A stretch of DNA of 64,000 bases from Podarcis pityusensis (taxonomy: Eukaryota): the NCBI GenBank assembly GCA_964106645.2, contig OZ067038.1; one strand, written 5' to 3'. This document shows positions 23,360-34,222 of this stretch, one piece after another; the first letter of the stretch is position 1, and every line of letters begins with the position of its first letter. The notes below the pieces were generated by a model, which was given only the letters and a program-made list of their open reading frames with translations, made no database searches and was not told the origin of the DNA. The translations under genes were made by a program, and so were the position numbers.

Positions 23360-24090
23360 ATGTATTTATTTAAATTTCTATGCCGCCCTTCATCTGGGTA
23401 ACCACAGGGCAGTTTACAATATAGAAACACAAAAATACCTAACATAGTAAGGTAAAGGATCCCTGGACGATTAAGTCCAGCCAAAGGCAACTATGGGGTA
23501 TGGAACTCATCTTGCTTTCAGGCCGAGGGAGCTGGTGTCTGTCCAATAGACAGCTTTCCAGATCATGCAGCCCGCTTCTGGCACAACGGAACACCATGAT
23601 GGAAACCAGAGTGCATGGAAATGCCTTTTACCTTCCCGCCACAGCGGTACCTATTTATTTACTCGCACTGGCTTGCTTTCGAACATAGTAACAGATAATA
23701 ACAACAATAACCCCGCCCCACACACTTTAAAAGACCATAGTTTAATTGGCCAAAGGCCTGGGAGGGGAGGAATGCTTCTGTCTGGTCCCTAAGGATATGT
23801 AACAAAGGTGCCAGACGAGCCTCCCTGGGGAGAGCATTCCACAATGGCGAGCCACTGCAGAAAAGGCCTGTTCTCGCGCTATCGCCTCTGGACCCTTCAT
23901 GGAAATAGCACACAAATGAGGGCTTCAGATGGATGAGCACAGGGTGCCAGTTGGTTCATATGGGGAGAGGCAGTCTTTGAGGTATTGTGGTCCTGAACCA
24001 TTTAAGGCCTTATAGTTCAAAATCAGTATTTTGAATTGGGCCCAGAAATTAATTGGATCCAGTGCTGTCTGGCCAGGATTAGCTTCAACT
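23360..24090 (-). mobile_element. L2 LINE 3' fragment, interrupted by a Sauria SINE
   Basis: ORF 23659..23940 contains SPLWNALPREARLAP (L2 RT C-terminus); 3' tail motif TATGCCGCCCTTCAT. Confidence 0.75.
23451..23681 (-). mobile_element. 5'-truncated Sauria SINE (Squam1)
   Basis: GGTAAAGG tail, TTTACCTTCCCGCCACAGCGGTACCTATTTATTTACT core, 10-bp TSD AACATAGTAA at 23441-23450 and 23682-23691. Confidence 0.85.
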
Positions 24091-24876
24091 GCTCAAAATG
24101 TCTTGCCCTTCCTCACATGCACTGCTACCAAATTTCCTTCTCCGTATTTTTTTTTTTTTAGCGAGATTTGAACTCAGAACAAGGGCAGCCCTGGGGGGGG
24201 GCACTAATATTTTGCTGTATGTACCACTTGTCTCTGTCTGCTAACTGAAGACAATGCTTCATATATTTGATGAAGTGAACTCTAGTCTATGAATACTTAT
24301 GCTGCAATTAGGTTACAATCATATAAACACTTAGCAAACAGGACCTGCTTTTGAAAAAAACAAACACACTATTGCACTGTAAGACTCTCAGCCCTTACCA
24401 CAATACTTTTTGTTGTTTTTTCTGTGACAAGACTAAATCAGCTGCTCCTCAGGAAACTGCTTATTAGATGTACACCAATTTGGGCAGATAAGGTCTGACC
24501 ACAAAACAGTGCAATCAAGAAATAGGAAAATGGTAATGAGACTCACACACTATTGGACAGCAGTAAGGAGCATGGAAATAGGAACTGGAGTTCATGGGAA
24601 GAGACAGAGAACTGAAATTGGTGAAATGGTTATTCTGGCCAATGAAAGACCCCTCTCAGCCCCACGATTCCCAACATTGTACCATGCTAGAATTCTCCAT
24701 TTATGGCATAATAGCAGCTGTACAATACACTAGAGAAATTTCTTAGAGAGAAATTGTCAAATTAAGGCACTAAACCACTGCACAGTCTCAAAGAGAATTC
24801 CCTTTCCAACTCCACACCCTGCATGGTCTCCTGAAAACCCCACTCTTCATGTTTAACCCCCTTAGTTCTTCATTAC

Positions 24877-24989
24877 CTTGGCGCTGGTGGAGTGAGGCAA
24901 TGCAGCTGAAGTACTGCTGCTGCTATAGCCAGGTCGGTACTTGTACATTGTTGGAGTTGGAGGGCTGTCCTTGCTTAGCAAACTGCTGT
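24877..24989 (-). CDS. ZDHHC5: ZDHHC5 coding exon 9 (113 nt): (D)[37 protein letters not shown]
   Basis: CCACAG acceptor, GTAATG donor, phase consistent. Confidence 0.95.
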
Positions 24990-25935
24990 CTGTGGAGATA
25001 AATGGGAATCACACACATACTTACAAGCAATAGAATATAATTACTTACAGCTTTTCCTGGGGAGTTCCCAGCAATCCTGGTTTGAATGCTTTTGCAGAAA
25101 TTCCACATATCACAAGTGACTGATCCGTGAGAACCAGTTAAGAGCCTCAGGCAGGTGGACACACCATGGAGGTCAAGGAATCAGTCAGGAGGTAAGGGGT
25201 GTATTGCAGGAGTGGAGGTGAAATGGAGCAAGAGGAACATTTCCTCAATAAAGACATCACACAAGAAGCTTCCAATCTGTACATGCACACCTTGGTAGTC
25301 CTGACCCTTGGGGTGTTCAATTTTGAGCACTGCTAGATGGGAAACAGTAGCACTGACTAGAAAAGAAAGCTCCAAGCATTTCTCCATGATCACATTTTCT
25401 TTCAAGGTGCTACACCCTCTGGAAACACTACAGCAACAGCAAAAGCAGGATGTTTCACAACTACATGAACTGGGAAATAACTCTAGCCTTCTGTTATTGT
25501 TCTATATAAGCTCTATGACAGCAAAACAAAGCACCGACCTGTCCTTCCAAGTAACCCCTGTTTCCACCTGAGTGTGGAACAGTCAACAGAGGGAGGAACA
25601 GTCAATAAATCCCCAAATCCTGACAGCAGCCTTCACATGTGGACAAGAGCTAAAGCTGGAGATTTACATGATCATAACATCTAAAAGGTCATAACCTAGC
25701 TACCAACTCAGCACTTGCTCTAATAACCTGCCTGAGCACTGAGGCAAGCAGGTGGCTGTATGGTCAGCAGTGCTGTGAATACCAGCACAGAGCTGCCACT
25801 GGCTTTTGTAAACAGTACAGTACTGACCAGCTTCACTACTTGGCACTGCAGTCAGAGACTACTTCTCTGATGGCAGATCACTGTAGAAGTGCACAGCTGA
25901 TTGGATCCCTTATCTCTCTGGAATGCTCCTCTTAC

Positions 25936-26059
25936 CCTCATTGGTGGCCAGGGTTAAATGCGTCCTCAGACCTGTGTAGCGGCTGAGGTCTGGCTTGGGT
26001 GGTGGCGGTGGCTCAGCATCAGCAGACTGGCTCTCCGTCACCTCAAGGCTTCCTTTGGA
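25936..26059 (-). CDS. ZDHHC5: ZDHHC5 coding exon 8 (124 nt): [41 protein letters not shown]
   Basis: CTGCAG acceptor, GTAAGA donor. Confidence 0.95.
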
Positions 26060-26451
26060 CTGCAGAGACAAAGTGCAGAAGAATGAGACAGGACCCAAAG
26101 TCCTGAGCATTGTCCCCAGCTCTAAAAGGTTGAAAGTGTTATTAGAAGGACCTGCAGCCATCTAGCATTTCTGCAAGTGTAGTTGTAGACTGTGCATGTC
26201 TCAGTTGCTGGATGAGAAGGGAAAGGGCAAGTAAAAATTATATAGGATATAAAAGGGGACAACTCTCATGCAGCAATAGTCACATGGGAGGAAAACAGAC
26301 CTTCACTTGTCAGGGAAAACTAAATACAAGTTGTGATAACATGGGGGAAGGATGTCCAAGAGGCTCATTTGGTTCCTACTCACGAATGCAGTGGCACCAT
26401 CAAGGTCTGGAGAAAGCCAGTGCCTCGGTAGCACCTTCATCTCCTCCTTAC

Positions 26452-26584
26452 CTTTGTTCTCTTTAGCTCAGCCTGGATACCATTGTCCATTATCTTTACA
26501 GCTATCTGTCCATCTGATATTTCTGGTCGCAGGAATGGTGGCTTCACTGTAACAGTCTGCTCTGCCTTTGGCCGTCCAAGATAC
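26452..26584 (-). CDS. ZDHHC5: ZDHHC5 coding exon 7 (133 nt): [44 protein letters not shown]
   Basis: CACTAG acceptor, GTAAGG donor. Confidence 0.95.
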
Positions 26585-28029
26585 CTAGTGAATCATGGGA
26601 AGTCAGCAAAGATGAGACAGTGCCTCCTGCAAACATGTGAACCAATGATGATGTTTACATGCTCTGGCAAGAAAGTCTGAGGAATGTTGGAGGCATGAAG
26701 TTATTTGTATCCAAAGAACTGCAAAGGCAATACTGCAGCTCACAGTTCTCTCATTCTCTAAAATCGAGTCCTGGTATCACCTGTGGCTTCACTGTACATT
26801 CCCTTATGCACTTCCCTGCTGTACAGAATGCACTCAAAGTAGTGTCTTTACACCCTTTGAGTTTCTGTTACATTACAGGCCATATTGCCAGAGTGAAGGA
26901 AGAAAGTCAAGCAGTGATGTGACAATATCTGAGAGAATGTACATTTCCCTGATGTAAGTGTGCTGTCAAAACAATTATTATTTTTAACAAAATACTTAAC
27001 AAACTGATGTATAACAGGTCTCACTAGCTGAGAACAGAAACAAGCCAAGGTGCATTTTTTATCCCTTTGTTTCTCTGGATAGGAACCTAGGATTAAAAAC
27101 TGAACACAGCCATCCTTCAAGGATATAAGGCATTGGGGAACAAGATACACCTTCTATCTAGGAAAACTGGAGAAAATTAGAGGCCAAGAGATAACAGTCA
27201 CCAGAACAAAACAGATGAATAATTACAAAAAGTGTCAAATCATGGAGTAAGTAATGCATTCCTTCTTCACAAGTTACATTCATTGATGTAATAAAAGTAA
27301 ACAGCTTTTTCACACCTGTAGTCTGTTCACACTTACAGGCAGCTGTGATGAGTGCAAAACACAGAGCATGCTGAAATAGTTTATACAAGAAACACTAATA
27401 AATGCGCAGCAAAGAGTTACTGGATTATGATTTACATGAGTATAGACATGTAGTGATATAAAGTCATACAGAGTTCTGTTCTCTCTAACGTTACATACAT
27501 ATGTGTGAGGAACACTAGAGCTGTTGGAATTGGAGATATCAAGGAAACATAACAGAATGATCTATTGTTAATGAGCCTTGCATATAACCTCAAGCAGGAA
27601 TACCACATATTTTTGTTCTGTGGATAGTTCAAGTAAGCTCACAACCCACTCCCAAAGACTGATTATACTCAGTGGTATAGACGCACCTTGACATACAGAT
27701 CCCAGGAAAAACAGCCACTATAAAAATTAATTAATCTTTCTGCCACATCTTTAGATAGTTGCCAGCAACCCCTTTCTTTACTTCAATCTACAAGAGGAAG
27801 AAGCTTATAGCTGCTGTGTTAGACAACTGTACTTCAAGGTGTGATCTGGCTGTGAGCAATGACTTCCCACATCCCACCACCTCACTGTTGGAACCATTCA
27901 TATGACTGATCCCAGAAAATCTTCCTCTGCTTCTCTGCTTGTCTCCATTAGCAATCAAGACAATCTAGCTCTTCTCTCTCCAAGAAAGAATAGGGCCTCT
28001 ACAAATTTCTTAGGTGAGGCAGAATTTAC

Positions 28030-28121
28030 CTGGGGGCTGGGGAGCTGCAGAGAACACGACTGACGTTGTTACAACAGCCATTGGTGAATGGGTTTACTCC
28101 ACCCCGGAATTTGCCTGTAAC
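28030..28121 (-). CDS. ZDHHC5: ZDHHC5 coding exon 6 (92 nt): [30 protein letters not shown](R); PaCCT region
   Basis: TTGCAG acceptor, GTAAAT donor. Confidence 0.96.
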
Positions 28122-28200
28122 CTGCAAGGAGAAAAGATATATCAGGAAAATAGAGATACCATGTAGTGAAGTCAAAAACTAACCGTAAAATAATATCTAC

Positions 28201-28303
28201 CTGCTCATTTGTAGTACGACCTCTGGCTACCAAGACCACATGAAATCCTGTAAGGCCTACAACAGGTATGAAAAACAAGCCAGCCACACACATCACAGCC
28301 ATA
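28201..28303 (-). CDS. ZDHHC5: ZDHHC5 coding exon 5 (103 nt): [34 protein letters not shown]; TM4 and TTxE motif
   Basis: GACAG acceptor of the U12 intron, GTAGAT donor. Confidence 0.96.
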
Positions 28304-28471
28304 CTGTCAACAAAGTCAAGGAAGCAATTCATGAAGGACCAGCATACAACTTTGTTTTTGGGATTCCTTTCCCTCCCACCACCCATCAGTTGGCAGTATC
28401 TCAGGTGAACAGCCCAACTGTTCACCAGAATTTGATTAAGGAATTCTTTGCACTCTAGAAAAAGAGGATAC
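28304..28471 (-). other. U12-type (minor spliceosome) GT-AG intron, 168 nt
   Basis: 5' site GTATCCTCT; branch point TTCCTTGAC at 28323-28315, with the branch A 13 nt from the intron end; no long polypyrimidine tract. Confidence 0.9.
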
Positions 28472-28644
28472 GTGACAGCCATACGGATCCCAGAGAGCTC
28501 TTCAACTTGACACAGGACAAACAGCAATCCAAAACCAAATACACCCATGATATGTGCTGTAAGTGAGAGCAGGAACAGGAAGAAATAGCGATAATTGCGC
28601 CGCCCAATACAGTTGTTTACCCAGGGACAGTGATGGTCAAATTC
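28472..28644 (-). CDS. ZDHHC5: ZDHHC5 coding exon 4 (173 nt): [57 protein letters not shown](T); catalytic DHHC motif
   Basis: GATAG acceptor, DHHC motif, U12 donor. Confidence 0.97.
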
Positions 28645-29262
28645 CTATCAGTGGAAGGATAAAGAACAGAGTAAGAAGGACATCACCTCTGTAAAACAAT
28701 ACTACACCTGTAGAACCCCTTGAAACTCCAGGAAACCTGAATCCCACCCATATTTTCATTTCCACAACAGAAGATGCAACTCCTATAACAAGGGTAAGTA
28801 GAATGGCTGTGGTCAACCAGCAGATTGTGAATTATAGTTGAATGGTGCCTCATCACCTCTCCTGCCTTTCAATATGTGTTGAAAACACCTGTACACACAT
28901 CACCTTGAATTTCATTATGGAAGGTGAAAAATAAATATAAAATAAACAAACACGAATACTAGATGAACGTATTTGCTATGGATTACCTTATCCACAATTA
29001 TGCAATTGATTCTGCCCCCTCCCTCTCAAACCACCATTTTGTATCAAGTGCCGGAGTGTGGACCCTGGGGCACTGGTAAAAAAGGAAAGCATGCAAGTCT
29101 GAGGTGTCTATCCCAATCTATAACACACAAAACTGAATCTTGCAGCCCAAACAGTTCCTGAACTGAATCTCAAAGATTACAGAATGTTCCAAGTTCATTA
29201 TCAACAATCCAACAAGCAATGCCAGTCGCTCCAACACAGCCCTTCTCTTCCCAGTCTCTCAC

Positions 29263-29420
29263 CTCCACACAGTTGTCGCAGACACTGCAATGAGAGCAGC
29301 GTGGGGGCCGGTAGAAGCGACACGTTGCACACCATTTCATGCGCACTTGAATACCCTTTATCTCCACAGTCTTGTATAATGGAGCTCGGAAATCATCCTC
29401 CTTGTCCTCATCTTCTTCAG
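29263..29420 (-). CDS. ZDHHC5: ZDHHC5 coding exon 3 (158 nt): (A)[52 protein letters not shown]; Cys-rich domain
   Basis: CTTCAG acceptor, GTGAGA donor. Confidence 0.97.
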
Positions 29421-30426
29421 CTGAAGCAGCAAGAAAAAATTATAAAATCCAATGAAGTACACAGCATGTCCAACATTTCCTTGCCCCCAGTTTCACAAAC
29501 CCATTCACCCTGGCACTGACTTTTTGTTTTTGTGCTTCTGGTGAGACACCCTATCCCCTCTCACAAGTTTAGAGAAAAGGGGATGGATTATGCTGGCCCT
29601 TGATCCATTTTGTAAATATGCCCACAACAGCTTGAAGGGTTGCTGTTTTTTTAAAAAAGTCTAGGAGTCTAGTATTCTGCATTTCCATGCTGGTCAGAGG
29701 AGGAGAGGAAGTCCCCTAATTGGTGTCTGCTATGGAAACCCAGGACACCAGATTCTTTTCAGGCTTGTAAAAACCTGTTTTGTCAAGAATGCTCCCATAG
29801 GCTCGGCAGAGCTAAAGGATTGGCTTCCCTTCCTCCTCAGCCAGTACATAAAACAGACCAGGAGTGGAAAAATCCATCTCTCCTCTACTAGCTCACTCAG
29901 CTGCCTGCATAGAATGAGCCTTGCCACCTACGGTTACCAGTGAGCTGCTACATACTATGCTGTCCTGTAATAAGTCATGGAGAAGCTCTGAAAGCAGTGA
30001 GATGCCTGGGTCTTCTGAGTGATCCCAGGACATGGATAAACTCCCACTCAGCTTGATGCTAGGCAGAAGAACAAGGTTTGTCCCCACAGCTAGGGCCTTC
30101 AAATACTTGTAGTGTGACACCACAATCAATACTCTCCCCCACCACCACCTTAGACCAGGTTTGGTGGAAAGAACACATTTGGCTAGCTATCAAGACCAGC
30201 CAAAATTTGTAGAACCTCCCTCCTCCCAAATATAGCAATAGCTTCCAATAATGAATCCAGCATAATTCACACTATAAACACTGTTGAGCTGGAAGATTCC
30301 TACCTATCCAGATTACAATAATTTATGCTCTGGATCTGGAGAGTGGAAGTAGCCATCCCTAATCAAAACATTTTTAGATCAATCAGTGCCTTGGAAATTG
30401 CTTCACAGGCAATTTTCAGTTCTCAC

Positions 30427-30548
30427 CTCGAGGAAATATGCCTGGATCCATGAAGGTGGCCATACTAAAGTTGGCCAGCACAAAGAGGAAGACCACAGCA
30501 TTGTAAATGGGGATGATTGGGGAGATATGCAAGCTCAGCCCTGGGCAC
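30427..30548 (-). CDS. ZDHHC5: ZDHHC5 coding exon 2 (122 nt): [40 protein letters not shown]
   Basis: TGTAG acceptor, GTGAGA donor, DPG motif. Confidence 0.96.
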
Positions 30549-33500
30549 CTACACAAAGAAAAAGTAAGTTAAAACAGATCTAGTAACATTTTAAGATTAA
30601 CTATAAATTTATTCAACCTTAAGTAAAAGCACTGAGGTCATTCCACCTAAATAAACCTGGATAACCAGCAAATGAAAGAGAAAACTCATCAGGAGTTTTG
30701 GAGTAAAGTGTCATCTGTAAGCTGAGGGCACACAGTTCTATTTCTTTATAACATCTGAATCAGTAGTAGTTGTGCAAGCCCTGGACCAGTACCTGAATGT
30801 GGTGATGGACTGGGTGAGGGTTGAGTTTGAATTCTTGGAATTCTTGGAAGAGGTCCCATGTCCCAAAGATAGAACAGTTGCCTGTTCTGGATAGGATCAC
30901 ACCCCCTCTAAAGGAGTATGTAGGTAGTTTGGGATCCTACAAAGCCTATACTCCGCTCACTTCATGGCAAATGGCCAGCGTTAATCCAAATATGCATAGG
31001 AACCCATTAGCAGTGTGGAAGCATCACTCTGTCAAATCACTTAAGAATTAACAAAACAATATAAATATGCATTTCAACACATGGCCCCACACCACCCACT
31101 TTGGTTCCCAAAGATGTGGATAAAGTTCTTCAAAATTATTCACTGAACAACATTTTCCAGCACAAACCTGATTGGCTGTAATATTTGGATAACTCCAAAA
31201 TGTGTAAAGTTCTTCAAGGTGAACCACTGCTTATGTACCACTGCCATCATGATCGTGTAGCATTGAGATCACCCAACTCTGTGTAGTACTGGTCTTCTGT
31301 GCTTTTAATAGTTGTATTTAAGTGGCATTTTCCCGTTTATAGCAAATGTCAGCTCTGCTGAGGCCTAAGTACTGTAAATATTTTTAGTTTCTACTCACTC
31401 CAGTGATGAAGAACCCATTAACATACATAGCTGAAATTCTTAATGATATAATGCTACCAGTGTTCCTATAGATGCCAATGTGTACCTCTAACATTTATGT
31501 GAGCTCAATTTGTGCACTCAAAGTGCTGGGAAGTTTAAGAAAGCAGTTAGTATAGTAAAGTGCAAGTTGGAATGGCCCAGGTTCCAATTTTACCTCAGCT
31601 ATGAATTCATTAGATGGTTTTAAAGCAAGTCAATATTCTGAGCTTCATTTACCAGTATGCAATATGATACCATTATTAACCACCTTGCAGAGCTATTGCA
31701 AGGATTATGGAGATAATGTGCATAAAGTACTTTCAACACTTAGGAAAAGTACAATAAAACACATTTTTGTGAAATAGCAACTTTCATCATTGGTACATAT
31801 ATATAGCAGTTACCAGTTTTAAATGGTTATTGCTCTCTATTCAATGTACACAGCATGGAGCGTTAAGTTAATACTGCTGAAAATGTCTACATAAATAAGA
31901 AAGTACCATTAGTAACATTTGCATTCCCAGACACTACTTGAGTATGCGTATAAGCACTATGAGGTTTGGCATTTTGGACACACTATAATCAGCTGTAACC
32001 AAATTTGTCAACGAACAGAACACAGCAAGAAAGAAAAACAAGTTTAACTTGTTTGACTAGAAGATCCATATGCAGAAGAACATCCCACATAAAACCTACA
32101 GTAAGGCTACAGGTTAAGGAGGGAAGGCGCAACAAAAGTCTGCTTAGAACTAAGTTAGATAAACCTAAAATATTTGCCCACTAGAGTCAAAACTTTAATG
32201 GAGCACAGCCAGAAGAGTATCAGAGCAAGCTCATATTTATTTTTAAACAAAAAAGCTAGGAGTAGCCTTAAGTTATCTGAATGTAAATGTAACTAAACTA
32301 TAAAGTTTGATCAAGGATGATCAAAAGTAGATGCACTGAGATCAATGAACTTAAATTGCTTTGGTCTACTGATTTCAGTGGGTTTACTTGGCAAACACTG
32401 GATACCACCCAATAATGTTCCCAGCCCAATAGGGAAAGGAATTACACCTCCATTTGTATCTTAAGACAAATGAGTCAATTCATTTCAGATCAGTTGCCCC
32501 ATAACATATTATTTTCATTTACACATTTGTGAAAGACTGCACTTTTTCATCCTTCTAAACACATGGTTATGAACGAATTAGGATTCTAATCTATGTTAGT
32601 AAATACAAATCAAGAGCCTGGAGATAGGTGCTGCCAGTGAAAGAAAAGGATGTGGTTTTGTAAATTTGATGTCAAAATAAGCTCTGAAACTTTTAAAGCT
32701 TTCAACTTAAAAACCCCCAAACAAACATTATTTATACTGCTTTGGGCAACAAGGTTTTTGAAGTGGTTTGCAATAAACACCATAAAACTGATAAGGCTTA
32801 GATTAGGGCCTGGATGAGAGAAATATGTATAGCAGGCTAAAAAAATTACATAGGCAGGCAGATAACTGCAACTGGTTCTGTACATAACAGCCTTATCCCT
32901 AAGTCCACATAGTGGTACAAGAATAATTTAGAAATCTAAGGTTTTATTGGAGTCTTTAATTCTTTTATTATGCAAGAATGTAATTATAGGTGATATTAGA
33001 ATTGTAAATAGCCATTTTAAAAACTGCCACACCTTTTTATTATTATTTTTGGTTTGCAAAGGTAAATTGATGAGATTTAGAGGCTACCGCTACTCTGAAT
33101 AAGATATTGCAGTTCACCACAGGGATTGCACAGAACAGTCTGCGCTGGTTCTATTGCATGGCTTCCCATGGGGTGGGCGGGAAAGGTGTTGATATGGCAT
33201 GTCAGTCCTGGCAACTGTCCTACTATATACTAGACACACTGGGTTTACATTTGCTCTAACCTGAGACATCTTTAGAATGAAAGCCAGGCAACTCCCTCAC
33301 CTCGTCTTGTCTCAATCATAGGACATAACCTGAAAAGTAAGGTGTGTAAGATATACCTACCACAATGCTTCTTTTAGCAGCACAACCTCACCCAATTGTA
33401 TTAGGGATTACTCCAAAAAAACATTAAGATGCTGGTCAAATGTACTTTAATTATGCTTCTGTACCAGCCAATTGGCTGTATCCAACACTGAAGCTCTGTT

Positions 33501-33847
33501 CGGAATACAAAACATCTTCCTCTCTTGTCCTCTCCAGCCCACAGAACACCCTTAAAATATTGTATTTTTGAATTGGGGGCATATATGGGGCTGAAAGGAA
33601 ATTGTAGTTCCATTGCACTAACAGAACTCTGCTTGTTCAGCATTCAATACCCAATCTGACCCACCCTAAACACTTTCTTGGTGCAGTGAAGATTCAGTGA
33701 GTTTGCTATTTTACTCTTCAAGTTATGGCATATGCTGTCATACCATCTCTAGTTAAATCATCAAGTATTTTTCTCGAGGACTTATTTCCCACTAAGCAGA
33801 CTGTGCATGAAAATAAGATGCATTTATTTTCAAGAGACCATGTATAT

Positions 33848-34222
33848 CAGGCACATCCAACAGGCAGATCATGATCTACCGGTAGATCACTGGTAGATCA
33901 TTGGCTCCCCCCAAAGAAGCTCAACAACTTTGGCTCCCCTAAAAAATGATCAACATTTTAGCCCTTCACACCCCACAAAACAAGGCTTTCCTCCTGCCTC
34001 AGAAAAGCTTAACAACTCTGACCTGAACCCCTGAAAAATGGGCCTTACTCCTTCCTAAAAAAAATCTCAACAACTTTGACCTGAACCCCTAAAAAACGGG
34101 GGTTTCCTCCTCCCTAAAAAAAGCTTATCAACTTCAACCTGAACCCCCCAAAAGTGGGTAGATCACTGCCAGTTTTTAACTCTGTGAGTAGATCACAGTC
34201 TCTTTGGAGTTGGCCACCCCTG
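33848..34222. mobile_element. hAT MITE with internal ~60-bp tandem units
   Basis: Perfect 8-bp TSD ATGTATAT at 33840-33847 and 34223-34230; CAG...CTG termini; related copy at 55839-56057. Confidence 0.85.
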
